Shown: positions 14,323 to 28,279 of the stretch, one piece after another
Layout of the letters: each line of letters begins with the position of its first letter
Position numbering within the stretch: the stretch's first letter is position 1
Source: Trichoplax adhaerens
Taxonomy: Eukaryota > Animalia > Placozoa
DNA: 64,000 nt
NCBI RefSeq assembly: GCF_000150275.1
Contig: NW_002060948.1
Location: forward strand, 2,093,906 to 2,157,905
Reading direction: 5' to 3'
Made by a program: the position numbers and the translations under genes
The notes under the pieces: generated by a model
Told to the model about the DNA's origin: nothing
Seen by the model: only the letters and a program-made list of their open reading frames with translations
Databases searched by the model: none

Positions 14323-17300
14323 AGCTGGGATAAATATAAGAAGATGGATCTGTCTTCCTCATCGCCCCTATCAACTAATCATTTGGCATTGTCTCATTTT
14401 GACGATTGTAATCGTCAAAATGAGTCAATACCAAATGATATACTAGTATCAGAAAAGACTGATTGTGGTGCAGTTCACTGCACTTATGCTCATACTTTAT
14501 CAGATTCCGATGAAGACGTTGTAATAGATGATTTGGATAATTGTGATCAAAAAGATAGCCTGGATAGTATTACGATATCTCCACCGAATGTATCACTTAC
14601 TGAAATATGTCAAAAATTGGCGGCACGTCTATCAAATGTTGATAGTTCCGGTTCCATGTATACTGACGCATATGAAGATGAAATAGTTAAGGAATCCCCA
14701 TTGAATTCTGGTATTGGAATGAAATTAGAAGATAGGATGATACTCCCAAAAGCTGATGTCGTCCTACACAGCGATAAGGAAAGGTAATCTTGATATACTT
14801 TGCTTGATAGATTTAGTTATCTTATGACTTACACACTCACCTACAATGAAGTCTTATTTATTGCATGTACGCCACATTTAGTAGTGAAATAGTTTGTAAT
14901 ACAATTTGTAAGTTTCAGTCACTCGACTTAGCGGAGTATGTTACAAAGGAGCTAACCTTTGACAACTCCAATCACTTGCGCGTACTATATGTTTCTAAAT
15001 AAGCTAAGAGCTACATGAACAACTACAACGCTTCATTCTTCCCATTAATCATTAATGGAACAATTGTATAGTCCTGCAAAACAAAAAAAGAAGCAAATGA
15101 AGACTAAAAGTACGGTAAACAAATTACCATCGAACAGAAAAAGAGGCAGACCAAAGGGGTCTGTTAAATCAAAAGTTTCACCAAGAAATACAAGTAATAC
15201 CTTTCATAGGAAGGGTGTGTAATTAATTCATTTATCCAATCAAATGACTTTCCCACTCTAATATAATAATGATTTAGATTGCTTTTCAATTTTCGTAAAT
15301 TATACCAGCAACCAATATTGAATCGTGTGATGAGCCACAATCGAAGAATGTACGTTGTGTAAGATAAAGTTTGTATTTACCTTGATAGTGTACTTCTCGT
15401 ATTAAATATTGAGAATTGACCAAGTCCCACGTTCCTTTGATATTTCCGTATAACTTTAAAATTACTTTAACTTAGTACTGATATTTGCAATTTCAATTTA
15501 TGACCCAGGTAACACGAAGTGGACGCAAGATTATTCCACCCTTGGATTATTGGAGAGGTGAAAGAATAAGAGAAGTGTGCGGTGAAGTAAGAGTTTCCGT
15601 AGGATCTAAACCCAGCGCTCAAATTCATTTCATTAATTATTCCAAGGTAATATTTTGCTTTACAAGTGACGATCGTAAATTGCGATATATCGTTAAAAAT
15701 ATCTGTGACTACATATATTAGAGATGGTTTTATGCTTTTTTCTACGTATATATTCAAAATGTGTAGTTAGATCGTTCGATATAATATACATACGAATCTT
15801 AACTCAGTACAATGGCTAAATTAATCGTTTAATTACAAATTTATTTGCTCATGGAACATAATCCTATATATTTATTTCCTTACTTTGACTTTTAGAAAAA
15901 TGGAAATGGAAATAGTACACCTACAGAAAGCGACTTTCCTAATAAACAGCGTAGAACTGCAAGTATATTCCTTAGAATTATTGTTATTTATTTATAAAAG
16001 ATTTTTGCCAGTTTGAAGATATATACAATATTTTTTTATGTTTCTAAAAAGATATGAATAACCACATTAGAATTAAGATTTTTGTAAAAAATTAGGGTAG
16101 ATACCTTGTCATGAACAATTAATATCACTGTAGCATATTAATCTACTACAATAATTATACCACGTGTTTTGCAGTTTACAGTGTATTATGAAACTACCTA
16201 AACAGATTTGTTAACTAATAGTACTAGTACTCCAAATAATATCTTCTCTTCCTACTCTCAAATAGAGCGTAGATCTTCACAAACAACATGGTCTAAAGAT
16301 AGGCTAAATTTATTATACAGGTATAATTTTCGAATTTGTATTAATTACGGATGTAGTTCATTTTTGCATTCATGGCCTGCAGAATAAATATATAGCCAAT
16401 GCGAACTAGTATACTGTAATGCTTTCGATTTTCAATTTAATAATTATCAATTTTTAATTTTCCTTGCCTAATAGTTGTGCTGCAGATGTATGTCCTTCTA
16501 CAGCACGCTATTGGCAAAAGGTGGCTAAGCGCGTTGGCAATTGTACCGCTGATGAATGTAGAAAACTCTATCAAGACAAATTTTCTAGAGAAAACTATAA
16601 AAAGTCTAATAAAGCAGCGAGCAAGTTAACAAGTTAGTAACGCAAAAAATTTACACTTGTCTATAGACGAGGCTATAAGAAATTTATTGATATCTTGTAA
16701 TTGCAGATTTAAAGAAGGGCCGAAAAGGAGTGCGAAGGATATTGAACGAACAAGCAAAGGACCACGAAGATGACCTCTTCGAATCATCACCTTACCGTAA
16801 CAGTAAATCATTGAAAGTAAGTGCTAATTGAGCAGACTGTAAAATTTTTGCTGTAACCTATGAAATCATACACTTACAATACTTTTTTATCATATCCCTC
16901 GCGTTATTAGCTTCAGTTATCAGATAGTTTAGATGAAACTGATGGTGACGAAAAATGTATTAAAAATCAAAAAAACGAGTCTTCGGATATAGAGAAAAGT
17001 AATTCATTAAATGATAGCTTATGCTTGCTGGAACCTGTTAATAGGTATGTCTATATAACACTATCATCACGCTAATTTCAGCTCATGATCAATTATTGAA
17101 TTTCAATTCTGTTCTTACTGTTATAGAGATAAAATAGACACATATATACATAAAATTAAACACGGTCGTAAAGGAAGACGTCGGAAAATATTGCCACTGA
17201 AGGTACTGTATGTACCTGTAGTTTTCGTTGAGTATAGTACCTATAGCATTCGCTTTACTGAATCTCTTGCTATTCAGTTAGTAAAAATATATTGGATATG

Positions 17301-17457
17301 AAATGTTTTGAATCGATTTTTTTCCTTATTATAGAAGAAGTTGACTTATCCGAAAAAAATCTCTAAAGCGCGAGATATTAAATATGTATTCGATCAGCCG
17401 TCATCATCAAATAGCGATATTGAAGAAGATAGTTACTTTGATGATGATGATGAATAA
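14323..17457 (+). CDS. MIS18BP1: Mis18-binding protein 1 / KNL2 (CENP-A loading factor), multi-exon; start probably upstream at 10489
   Basis: Exons approx. 14323-14783, 15072-15214, 15309-15349, 15509-15646, 15896-15962, 16266-16320, 16475-16633, 16707-16816, 16911-17044, 17127-17202, 17335-17457. Encodes an AT-hook (RKRGRPKG), CENP-C-like motif TRSGRKIIPPLDYWRGER, SANT/Myb (WSKDRLNLLY...YWQKVAKRVGNCTADECRKLY), KDHEDDLFESSP and acidic tail EEDSYFDDDDE*, in the order seen in vertebrate M18BP1. Confidence 0.8.
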
Positions 17458-18617
17458 GGAGGATAGCATCAATTTTACACATGCTTAGTTGTTTCAACTG
17501 TATTTCTTGTAACATTGAACGATGTAAATAACTTTAAGGTTGTTATAATAATTTATTTATAATTTAGCATGAGAACACTATAGAAATATACATTTTCGTT
17601 TATGAATTGTACAGTCTGCATTATGCACTTGGATCTTGTTTTGGGCACGACATTCTGCCTTACATTCGAATCAATTTTTGTTAATAAATATCCATGATAC
17701 TGTCTATCAGGTGGCGGTAATTAAAGCGAGAGTATAAATCTTGTCGATAGCTGGTATGACATGATTTATGAAAAAATTATGCCAAACATTAAAATTATGA
17801 TTCTTATACTTACGGACTGTATTATTCTCGTATTAAGAATAACTCTTAAATGTGTAATTTTTAGACATTTTTATATTCTATGGCCTATATAGCATGATAC
17901 AAATTTTGAACAGTTACTATTTACAATCAATTGATATAAGAGTTGATCTAAATCGATCTCACCTCCTACTGTACCTAGTGGCAGTATAGTAGTTCATTGG
18001 CAACTGTCTTGGTTGAAATTACTATGCCATACGATGTTGTAACTTATACGTAGCATACGACTAACAAAGTTACGGTGTACAACACTTACAGCCTATAATA
18101 CAAGTAGTACTCGTACAGTCAAAATACAATGTATTACCATCGCTAATAGCTAATGCATGGCTTAAAAATTAGCATTTGGCCGTACTTTCTTCATGCTTGG
18201 CTTGAAGATAAATAAAAAGATGGAGTTTGTAACCAGCATGCGGCATATGAAATGGTAACTTGCATACTATGTACACTTGTACAGTATATACGCGTCTAGA
18301 TGTATTAGAAATATCTTAGGAAGAATTACATTTTGTATATCCCGGATGTCAAAAATGTATATAGCAGTAAAAGCAGTATACAAAATAGGCGTATAACTAC
18401 ATCCCACGATTGTGGCGCTATCTTCACAAACTGCATTATACAGCAATAAACTACCGATCGATGGATAATTAACCATATCATTATGAATACAAGTTTATTT
18501 TATACTGTGAGTAGAGAATAATTTGTAACTTGCTACAAGATTGCCCTTGATCCAATTTAAATGGCAATTTCTATACATATTACAGGCTGCAGGGTGATAC
18601 TGAATCGTTGCATTGCA

Positions 18618-18860
18618 TTATCTTATGGTGGTGATATCATCCAGATGAGTCTTGCTGAGTAGCTGCAATTGCTTTTTCCCTCGGCGTAGTAAATATTCAA
18701 TGTGCATGATATTATGACGTTGGATATTATTATTTTTCCTAAATTCGTTTTTGATGAGAGCAGTTGCACCAGGTCTTTGCTTACTTGCTTTCAGCATGCT
18801 TCTATATAGGCGTAAAACTTGTTTCTGTAGATTGCTATGCTTAACAAACTTTGAACTCAT
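18618..18860 (-). CDS. SDHAF1: Succinate dehydrogenase assembly factor 1 (LYR-motif protein), intronless
   Basis: MSSKFVKHSNLQKQVLRLYR...EFRKN...IEYLLRRGKKQLQLL; the HSxLQxQVLxLYR and IEYLxRRGxxQL motifs are SDHAF1-like; ATG at 18860. Confidence 0.9.
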   Translation of the reverse strand: MSSKFVKHSNLQKQVLRLYRSMLKASKQRPGATALIKNEFRKNNNIQRHNIMHIEYLLRRGKKQLQLLSKTHLDDITTIR

Positions 18861-19180
18861 GGCTACCACTTACCCCTTCGTCAAGTTGATTCTATATTAT
18901 AATAAAAATGTGATGCTTGAATCAAGTTGCGGATTAAGTGCAATAGATTGCAACGCGTAGTACGCACTCCAATAATAAATGTAACCTAAGAGTATGCCTG
19001 CACGAATGCTTGTCTCCAGCTGTAGAAGAACTTCTGAAGAAGGATGTTTTCTGCCCGAAATCACTGCCAGCTGCATACTGTACGCCTACAGTAAATAGTA
19101 TACTACTGTAGGCTTAGCTCAGTTGGTAGTTGGCAGTAGCTAGTAGTACTGTAAAGTGAGTAAGAGTACACTGTTCTGTA

Positions 19181-19838
19181 GAGTAATGGTCGCTAAATCG
19201 GTTGGATTTTGCCTTATTTAAAATCAGCGATTGATCATAGAAGGTCTCTAGTCGACACTATCGCCATTTTATGTCATTTGTGTCAGCATCGGCAGCATGC
19301 AATGGGGTTCATTTTGATCTGTGTACAGGCAAGTAGTGGTCGCTAAATCGGTTGGATTTTGCCTGTAAAATCAACGATTGTTCGAACAGGTCGACACTAT
19401 CGCCATTTTATGTCATTTGTGCTGTAAAGTAGTGGTCGCTAAATCGGTTGGATTTTGCTTGTAAAATCAGCGATTGATCATAGAGGGTCTCTAGTCGACA
19501 CTATCGCCATTTTATGTCATTTGTGTCAGCATCGGCAGCATGCAATGGGGTTCATTTTGATCTGTGTACAGTAGAGTAGTGGTCGCTAAATCGGTTGGAT
19601 TTTGCCTGTAAAATCAACGATTGTTCGAACAGGTCGACACTATCGCCATTTTATGTCATTTGTGTCAGTATCGGCGGCATGCAATGGGGTTCATTTTGAT
19701 CTGTGTAGAGTAGAGTAGTGGTTGCTAAATCGGTTGGATTTTACCTGTAAAATCAACGATTGTTCGAACAGGTCGACACTATCGCCATTTTATGTCATTT
19801 GTGTCAGCATCGGCGGCATGCAATGGGGCTCATTTTGA
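19181..19838. repeat. Modular tandem repeat, ~5 units of ~95-150 bp, in the SDHAF1/MACROD divergent intergenic region
   Basis: ggt(c/t)gctaaatcggttggattt recurs five times, with two alternative internal modules (gatcataga..gtctcta vs gttcgaacag) and one truncated unit. Confidence 0.95.
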
Positions 19839-20381
19839 ACATATGGAACTATGGACTACTAAATTACATGTAGTAGTCTATAACTGATTACAGGTTCCTC
19901 GATGTACAAAGTAAATGCAACTGATATTTCGAAAGTGCCACTATTGCACGAACAGTACTGAATGTCCAAAAAGATTGCAAATGCTTCTTTCTATTAGGCA
20001 TAGTGGATTTGCACTAGTCCACAACTGATCATAGATTGGCTGCAAAATAACCATCGAGTTACGTAGTGTGGATATTTCCAAAGTGCAAAGATTCAATGAG
20101 GAGCTCTATGACCCAACAGTCAATCCAGACCATTACCCCTATGATGTCGACATACTGTAGGCAAGCTAAAAAGACAATCCGTCGTGGAAAGCCGCCTAAA
20201 CACTTTTTCCAAACAGCCATCAGTCTACCGGCGGCAGGTAGTCCGGCAGTCCAACATGAATTAATGCTATAATTAACATAGAAAGTAGACAAACTGTTAG
20301 TGCATCATTTCCGCCACAAAGCAGCCCAACAATAGTCTCTATTCTATCCAGTAGACTATTTTGAAGACTTTACAGCATGAC

Positions 20382-23300
20382 ATGGCTGCATGGTACCGCT
20401 ACCGAGTCTTGTCCAACATAGCATATGGACTCCTATGGGCTATTGGGCGTAGTACTCGATCCTTCAAGTACTGTAGACGGAAAGGATGCCCAGTCATGAC
20501 TGAGTGGATTTCGACTGGACGGAGACAACCAGCTGCAAATCACTTGGCCACTCAATCCACTCGAGCTATGAAAACTTCTTCTACTAAAAATAGCGCAAAT
20601 CAAGGCAGTAAATCTATCCAAGATCATTTTACGCCATTGGCACGCCAAAGTAGTCAGAAAGGAGAAGATGACTTCGATTCTATTTCACGAGGTGTTCAAA
20701 TTGAATAGACACTAGCTAGACAAGCATTATTAACACATCGATCCTTACTCGTACGCCTGCTACTTAGACCCATACAGTATTCTTCTTTTCCATGGCCGAT
20801 ATGTTGATAGGCGGCGTGATTAAGTGATTTATTATTATCATCGATCTTCTCGTCATTAGTCACTGGAATGGCGATACTCTTTGCCTACTTGACTTAAATT
20901 TTACTTCATTTAATATCTTACAGCAACAGGAGATGACAATAGAAAGCGTTCATTAGACTATTCTACTTTGACTGTCATGGAGAAACGCAAGCATTATCGA
21001 TGTGGTGATCAATATATCACCATGGAAAAGCTGATGCCATGGTCTAAAGATGGTCCTAGTTTTGCAATGTTGCGCAAATGTAAGTTTTCCATCTTAACGT
21101 AATCGTGCATTATAGTTTTGCTTTAATGCTTGATAAACTAGAAAACCATAAGAACATGGATGATCAGGATGGTAGTAGGATATCTTCCAACCCGAGCATA
21201 CATATTAGATTGCTTATTGATTCAATTAATTAAAAGTGAAAGTCCAATCATCATCCAAGGATGAAATTTAGATGGCCTTGCTACCCTTTTCATATCGACT
21301 CTGTCAGCGATTAGTTAGCAATCATCATCAACAATAAGAATGCAAACTAATGACTCTCCTTGTTACTACTTGTAAACCCTACTCGCTTGATTATGATAAA
21401 AGACATATGTAATGGCGAAGTCATACATTAGATCCAAGACTATATAGGATAACGATCACACGCGATATGCAGATGATTCAGAATAACGTTTAGCTTTATT
21501 GCAAGGATACGCAGATAGCGATGTAACATCTGCATGGTATTATATCAGAAGCAATACTATTTAGTAGTCTTATTCTGTACTTAGGCTTTGGTACATCTAC
21601 TCTGCAACTACAGTGCTTCGTATTAAATTAATCATAGTCCTTGCCTACTTTACATAGTCGATATTACTACACATATCATAACATATGTACGATATCATCT
21701 CTTAGTGCATACGATTGTCGTACTCTCTTTTTTCATGAGTACATCTAATGATGCAAGCTTACCGAACGTTTAAATACTTCTTGATAGCTATACAAGTAGT
21801 TTATGAATAATACGTTACACACGCAGACCTATTAAAACTCGCCATGTTTTAATAAATACTTGTAGCTAAGTTGACAACACATATCATAGCATCAAAATCG
21901 ATCGAAGGATAGTAGTGGATATAACACATGCATGTACTGTACATTGTACAATTAGCAAGTGATGCAACTCTGTAAAAGTACAGTGTAGTCTTTCCTCGAG
22001 TTCACAACCAAGAAGTTAAACTCATTCAATATGATAGTTGCAACAGATTGAAAGGATAGACTAGATGATATGTCATCAGTTTGAACAACTTTCCACTTGG
22101 ATACCTACACGTATAGACAGAAATAGAACATGAATTAATGACAATACCGAGTTTGAAATACTCTAGGCCAAGCACCAATATTGTACATATTACAAAAGTA
22201 TCATCTATCAGTATGGCACAATATGCTGTAAGGATGATGAAGACCATCAGTGGCTTGGTATTTCGTTATTCAACTAATTAATCAATAGGATTTTCAAGGA
22301 GAAATTGGCTTGAAATATCAATCACTTTCTCGATCAGCCTACTTGAAATACTTTTAGTACATCAAGATGATTTCAATCCCTTCTCCTACCTCATTAAATT
22401 CTCTCATCTTGAATGCAAACAATTGATCACAATAACACATGTAGGGCTACTAAATTCATGGCAGTACCCATATGTAATTAATAGTACACACACACACATT
22501 TACTCCTATCTTGATGGAATGATTGTCTTATTAAGGGTTATAAAAATGCAAGAGTACACTTATGATAGTTTCCTTTGCACTGAATTAAAATGATAACAAT
22601 CACTTGCATATCGATGGCCTTCTTCTTATGTCATTTCATCTCCATATCCTATGACAACAGTCCAATATTTTTACATTGATCTATTAAAGGTAAATTGTGA
22701 TCTCCTATCCAACCTTGTCAATGCTATATTGTACACTCACCTTGAAATTATTTAGCTAGCCAGGCTATTTGCTTAGCAAGAGAATAATGATAGTATTGAT
22801 AAAATGAAATGATTGTATACCATACTTTGAAGTACATACAAGCATTGAAATGCTACTTTCAAAACAACTTATTTGCTATACAAATGAGACGATGCTAAAA
22901 GTCAATATCTAAAGGGAGGACATTACAATCTTGTAGTAAACCTGTGATGAAAAAAAAGTGTTGTCAATGTAAATGAAATAGTCCATTCTATACACCAATG
23001 TTAGCAAATTTCTCTCCATCCATATTAATTATTTATAATTATTATCCAATGTCTATTGATACAGTATGTTGTGTGAACTAGATGGTCTGCATCAATTATT
23101 TGTCCAATTAATACAAAGTCGCTTAACAGCTGCCTTTAATCGATATGGTATTTTTTCAATAGTAGTTAACAAGCTGTGGTTAGAACTCAGTCAAATAGCC
23201 TCATCCTTGACAACCATTAATTGTATATGGAATTCTCTATTTAACGGAGTTATAATAATATTATGAATATCGTTACTTATTATCGATGATATAACCCTTA

Positions 23301-26300
23301 GGCTTATTGCATTATTATGATAGTTTAGGAATGTTATTCTACAATGTATTGCAAAGGGTCTTAAAAATCCAATCTACTAGATTGAGCTACAGGTAAAATA
23401 AAGACTTTCCCATCAGGTTTAACCCCGAACATGTAGATAAATTGTAAGGTATACCCAAAGTTGATAATTGTTTAATTAACGTTAATACAGATACAAATCA
23501 TTCAATTATGATCTTTCTACCGGCCTTAACAATTACATTAATAATAATTACTCAATGCCCTCATCATAAAAATGATATCCAAACTTGATGACTAGCTTCA
23601 ATCCACTTAAAAAAGGCTTTATTTAGAAAGTCCATTAAACGTAATTAATTTGATTTAACATCATTCCTCAGTAACAAATTACTTTTCATTCACACTAAAT
23701 CAAAGCTTCAAGGGAAAATAGTTACGAGGAGTATAAAATTCTATTTTTGGTCATTAAAATTATGATCATGCAAAATATGCCTGTCTAGTGAACGGTATTC
23801 GGTTGATGGCTATGATTTTATATTTCCCCAAAAAAGAAGTAGTATAAGCTTAACAAATGTAAAATGTTTTGTTGCCTTTATTATGATTGGATCGGTAAAT
23901 ATTATAAATGATATTAATAAGATATGATCAATGAAAATACTGGATTAAGAATTGAAAATGCTATTGATTTCATTCTATAGTTAAACCTGAAATTCCCCGC
24001 TATGAATTCAACCCATTATTCAACGAAAAAATTTACCTTTTTCGCGGTGATATCACAACATTAGAAATTGATGCTATCGTCAATGCAGGTAAATATTTGT
24101 TATATCTTTTTCAACTTGATTAATGGTAATATTTTATGTATAGATGCTTTTCAATTATTTTCTACAGATCAATTTGTTAACATTTGTAATCAATCATTTT
24201 AAAAGATGTTCGTAATTGAAATCTAAAAATAACGATAAAATTGCCACAATATATGCCCATACCAATATTATTGTCCCTCCTAGTTGATTTAAATAAATAA
24301 ACTGCTGTAGTACATCATTGCTTATAGCTGTTAGGTTAGGTTAATGTAAATACAAATACAGTTTACAGTATTGTGATTGTTGTACTCGTATGAAACATTC
24401 AATTTCAATTTATGAGCTAGATCTACCCAATTTGGTTAGGTATAATGACGTAATTATCGTGCTATTAGGGACCTAAAAATGCTAGCGTTGAGTAGAGCAA
24501 CGAGCTTTTTAATGAATCATTAAAATAGAATATAAAAATTTCATTTTTGTTATTTAAGTAAAGATAACATGTACAGTGTAAATGTAGTTGCTTGAAATGA
24601 GTCCATACATATACGTATACTGTTTGAGTGGGTACATTCTATCGGTAACATGCTTCAAATAAATAAAACAATAAATTATATCGGCTATTCTTGTAAGATC
24701 TAATAGACGTTTTTCTTTATTCATAATAAACACCTTGGCAGCGAGCAGTAAATGCACTTTTTACTTTCTATAATAATAATGTCGATAATGATATTTCTAA
24801 TCACTGGTACAGTGGGCATGCTGCATGCTTGTTATTGTCCAAGATAACAATAACTGTAGGTTTAATACAGCATTTGTTACTAGCATGGCAATAGATTTAT
24901 TTCTGTGGATTGTTTAGTATTCTCGCGCTATTATTCAGACTATTAAGGAAAAAATAATATACACTGCTCATTGATACTCATACGAATCATATATCTGTTC
25001 TATTTATTAAATATATATAGCCCATGAATGTAATTATTTTAACTAATACCTGTAATCTCAAATTTTTGAATTTTATTTCTTTTTTCTCATTTTAGCTAAT
25101 TCGTCACTCTTAGGCGGTGGTGGAGGTAACGTGATCAGTTTATCTTGTTCAAAAATAGCACAATCACAAATTGCTCCTAATTATATATTTATTGAAATTT
25201 TCAAATATGTGTATGAAAGGATGAATGTTGTTGTTTAATGAATAAATCGTCAAGTGTAGTATCCAATTTTGAAACGTCACGACTGATAGTCTATATTTTA
25301 ATCGGTCAATTTCCTCCGTGTCGTAATCTTGACAATACTACACCACAGTAGTTATACAGTAGTATATGTAATCGATCGTCATGATGATCGAAATGTTATA
25401 ATATTGCTGTATGTCAAAATGGAAGTCATTAATTGCATCTCAACGTCTTGAAGTATTAACTCTTAAAGTCCTATTTCTTGTCAATAATATCGTTGACTAG
25501 CGCCAAAATGGTTTCGAAAGCCTTAGATATGCTATACATCGTTTAGGCTATAATTATTTGCTAACAAAAGAAAATTCAATCAAGAACAAAGGTGTTGTTT
25601 TTCTTTATCAATTTTAATCGTTGTTAATCAATTAGTTGATGGAGCTATCCATCGTGCCGCCGGTCGTGAACTTGCTGATGAATGCTATCGACTAAATGGC
25701 TGTGAACCTGGCAATGCCAAAATTACTAAAGGTTGGAATTCTATCGATTTAGTCAATATTTTACATAAATAATATATTTACATGTATGAGTTGATATATG
25801 GTATATATATAAAATATTAATAAATTTAGCTAGACTTTATGCCTTAAATTTGTAATATATTTCGTTGGTTAAGCGTATGTGGGTATAAACAATATATGTT
25901 TAAGTTGATGTCAAATTGGCCTTAAAATTTTTAATAAGTGTACAGTTCAATCAAAACTGTGTTTATTTACGATACCGCACAGAACTACGCAATAGAAAAT
26001 GACTCATTACAGCGTTGTCCTAATTGAAGTAACTATACAATTGACTGGATGTCCAGTAGTCGTTAGCTTTAAAATAGTTACACATGGAGATTATTTTATA
26101 TCATTAACTCTTCCTTTATTATTATCATTTTGGAAAACAATAGGCTGAATATAAGCTTTGTCTACCTTGTGCATAGTACCTATTTGTATTGTTATTATTT
26201 GCTTCCTAATATCAAATGTGTTCTTGTAGTCATCTTATTCATGTTATTAACATCGTAATTCTTTTCAGTTCATGTACACTAATTGTAATCGCGTCATGTT

Positions 26301-28279
26301 ATTGTCTAAAGTTTACAATATACTTTCATGTCACAGCTGCTTTACGTTCCTATCCATTCTTTTACTCATATCAAAAATCTTAATTTAACTACAAAAACGA
26401 CATAAATATCTGCAACTATATACACTTAAAACGTTAATAACGTCGTTTTTACGTTCTTGTTAAATTATAGGTTACCGTTTACCGGCCAAACGTAAGTTAT
26501 TTTATAATTTATACAATTAGCAAATATTACCCTGACTTTTTCTTAAAGTAAACGTTCTACTATAATTACAGTAGTTACAATAAACATTAAATTAGGCTTA
26601 GATTTTTTTCCAGTGATACTTGTCTCAATAGTTGAATAAAGAAGGTGTCGTTGTCGTATTACGAGTTATATCAAAACTTCCTACGTTAAATAATATTTTT
26701 TTAAGAGTATAAAAAAAGCGATAAGGGTTATCTTAACTTATCTGACTGTAAAAACTATCGATTGTACTGTATCTTTATTCGTTTTGATAGCCCTATGACA
26801 TCATTCATAAAAATATCATTTATGTTCAATCGATTTACATTTGATGTTGACTATACTTTTTAATTTCTTGTATGTATATAGACGTTATTCATACTGTAGG
26901 GCCAATTGGTCAAGAACCAAAGACTCTGACTAGCTGTTATAATCGTTGTTTAGAATTGGCAAAAGTTCATCAAATTCGTTCTGTGGTAAGAACTGTAAAT
27001 TACTTAATGTACTTAATGAATGGTTATTATTATAGTAAGAACGGCTTCTATATCCTCAGTTATTTCATGCTAACTTTAGATACGATAGAAAATGTGTTTA
27101 ATGACGTTGGCTAAAAATTAAATTGACTTTGATAAAATGCAATCACTACCAATTTTTTTTAGTTTTAAATTCTTTAAAACAAGTAATACAATATTTATTT
27201 TTTTGACTGCAGGCTTTCTGCTGTATCTCGACTGGTATTTACGGTATTTATTGTATACTGCTAACTTAGATAATTCCCTTTGGCTTCTATTTATTACGTT
27301 CCTTTTTACTGTTGCGAAATCTATGATGATTATTTTCATGCATTAAAACAATAGGTTATCCGAATGATGCAGCTGCACATGTTGCTTTAGAAACCATCAG
27401 AAAGTGGCTAGATAAGGACGATAATTTCGATGCTGTAAGAGAGAAATTTTATTTTGATGACTTTTTCGATGTCTGTTCAATTGATATCATTATCTGTTTG
27501 TCGGATTATACTTGATTCATTAATATAACACGATACGGTAGCTTTGTCTTGTCGGTATCATAACTATCGACAGTTGTAAAATGTAATTACCATCTAGTAT
27601 AAAATAAATGGCCTAGTTCTGTGATGGATTCAAGAGAATTCTGATGTTGTTTCGATTTATCGTCTACTTTTTTCAGGTCGATAGCATCATTTTTTGTGTT
27701 TTTTTAAGTCAAGATGATGCAATTTATAGAAAATTACTAGGTTCTTACTTCCCTTTCAATAAGAGACAAGAACCCATAAATTTAATAGGTTAGACAGTCT
27801 CCTAAATAATAAAAACATTATTTCAGCTCTATTATTATGCTATATCTACCTTCACAACTCTACTATATTGGCAATTTTATATTTTATTTCTTTTACATTT
27901 TAAGAAAGTTATTCACCTAACACCCATATCTATATATATGTATTAATAAGCAGATACGAAATCTAATATGGAAGCCAGTAAAGTTGCCACTGGTAAAAAG
28001 CATGGTCTTAAGCGACAAGATACACCATTAGTTTTGAAGGGTTTACCTACGAAACCTAGTACAATGCAAAATCAGAATTTAGGCGTAATGGAAGAGACTG
28101 ACGAAGAGGATGAAGATGTAATAGAAATCAAAAAAGAAGTCACGGATGAAAACGATTCTGAAGAACTAGATAGAGTTGCCTCTAAGTTGGGCAAGATAAA
28201 GCATAATAGCCAAGACATCTCGTCCGTTACAATGCAAGAAAATCTTCATGAAGTTGATCCACCTATCGATGATCAATAA
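20382..28279 (+). CDS. MACROD2: Macrodomain mono-ADP-ribosyl / O-acetyl-ADP-ribose hydrolase (MACROD1/MACROD2 family), 11 exons
   Basis: Exons 20382-20691, 20924-21079, 23981-24088, 25096-25125, 25636-25731, 26471-26491, 26882-26985, 27213-27243, 27355-27434, 27677-27788, 27954-28279, phases consistent; [62 protein letters not shown]; acidic tail. MACROD1 vs MACROD2 cannot be resolved; start codon uncertain. Confidence 0.93.
22030..23650 (+). pseudogene. Decayed coding-like relic nested in MACROD intron 2 (weak Nup85-like resemblance)
   Basis: Long stretches of plausible helical protein interrupted by stops and frameshifts, with residual splice-like sites (e.g. [22 protein letters not shown]|gtaaat near 22690); family assignment is by eye only. 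Confidence 0.25.

Noticed and set aside
16620-16633. Possible GC-AG intron in MIS18BP1 (A|GCAAGT)
   Set aside because: A canonical GTTAGT donor in the same phase lies 12 nt downstream
19112-19130. tagctcagttggtag, resembling a tRNA D-arm/A-box
   Set aside because: No anticodon arm, T-loop (GTTCRA) or acceptor stem follows
19181-19838. CRISPR-like appearance of recurring ggtcgctaaatcggttggattt blocks
   Set aside because: Intervening sequences are themselves repeated rather than unique spacers; eukaryotic context with no cas genes
20066-20272. 68-aa ORF upstream of MACROD
   Set aside because: No recognisable motif or splice connection; likely chance in a GC-richer promoter region
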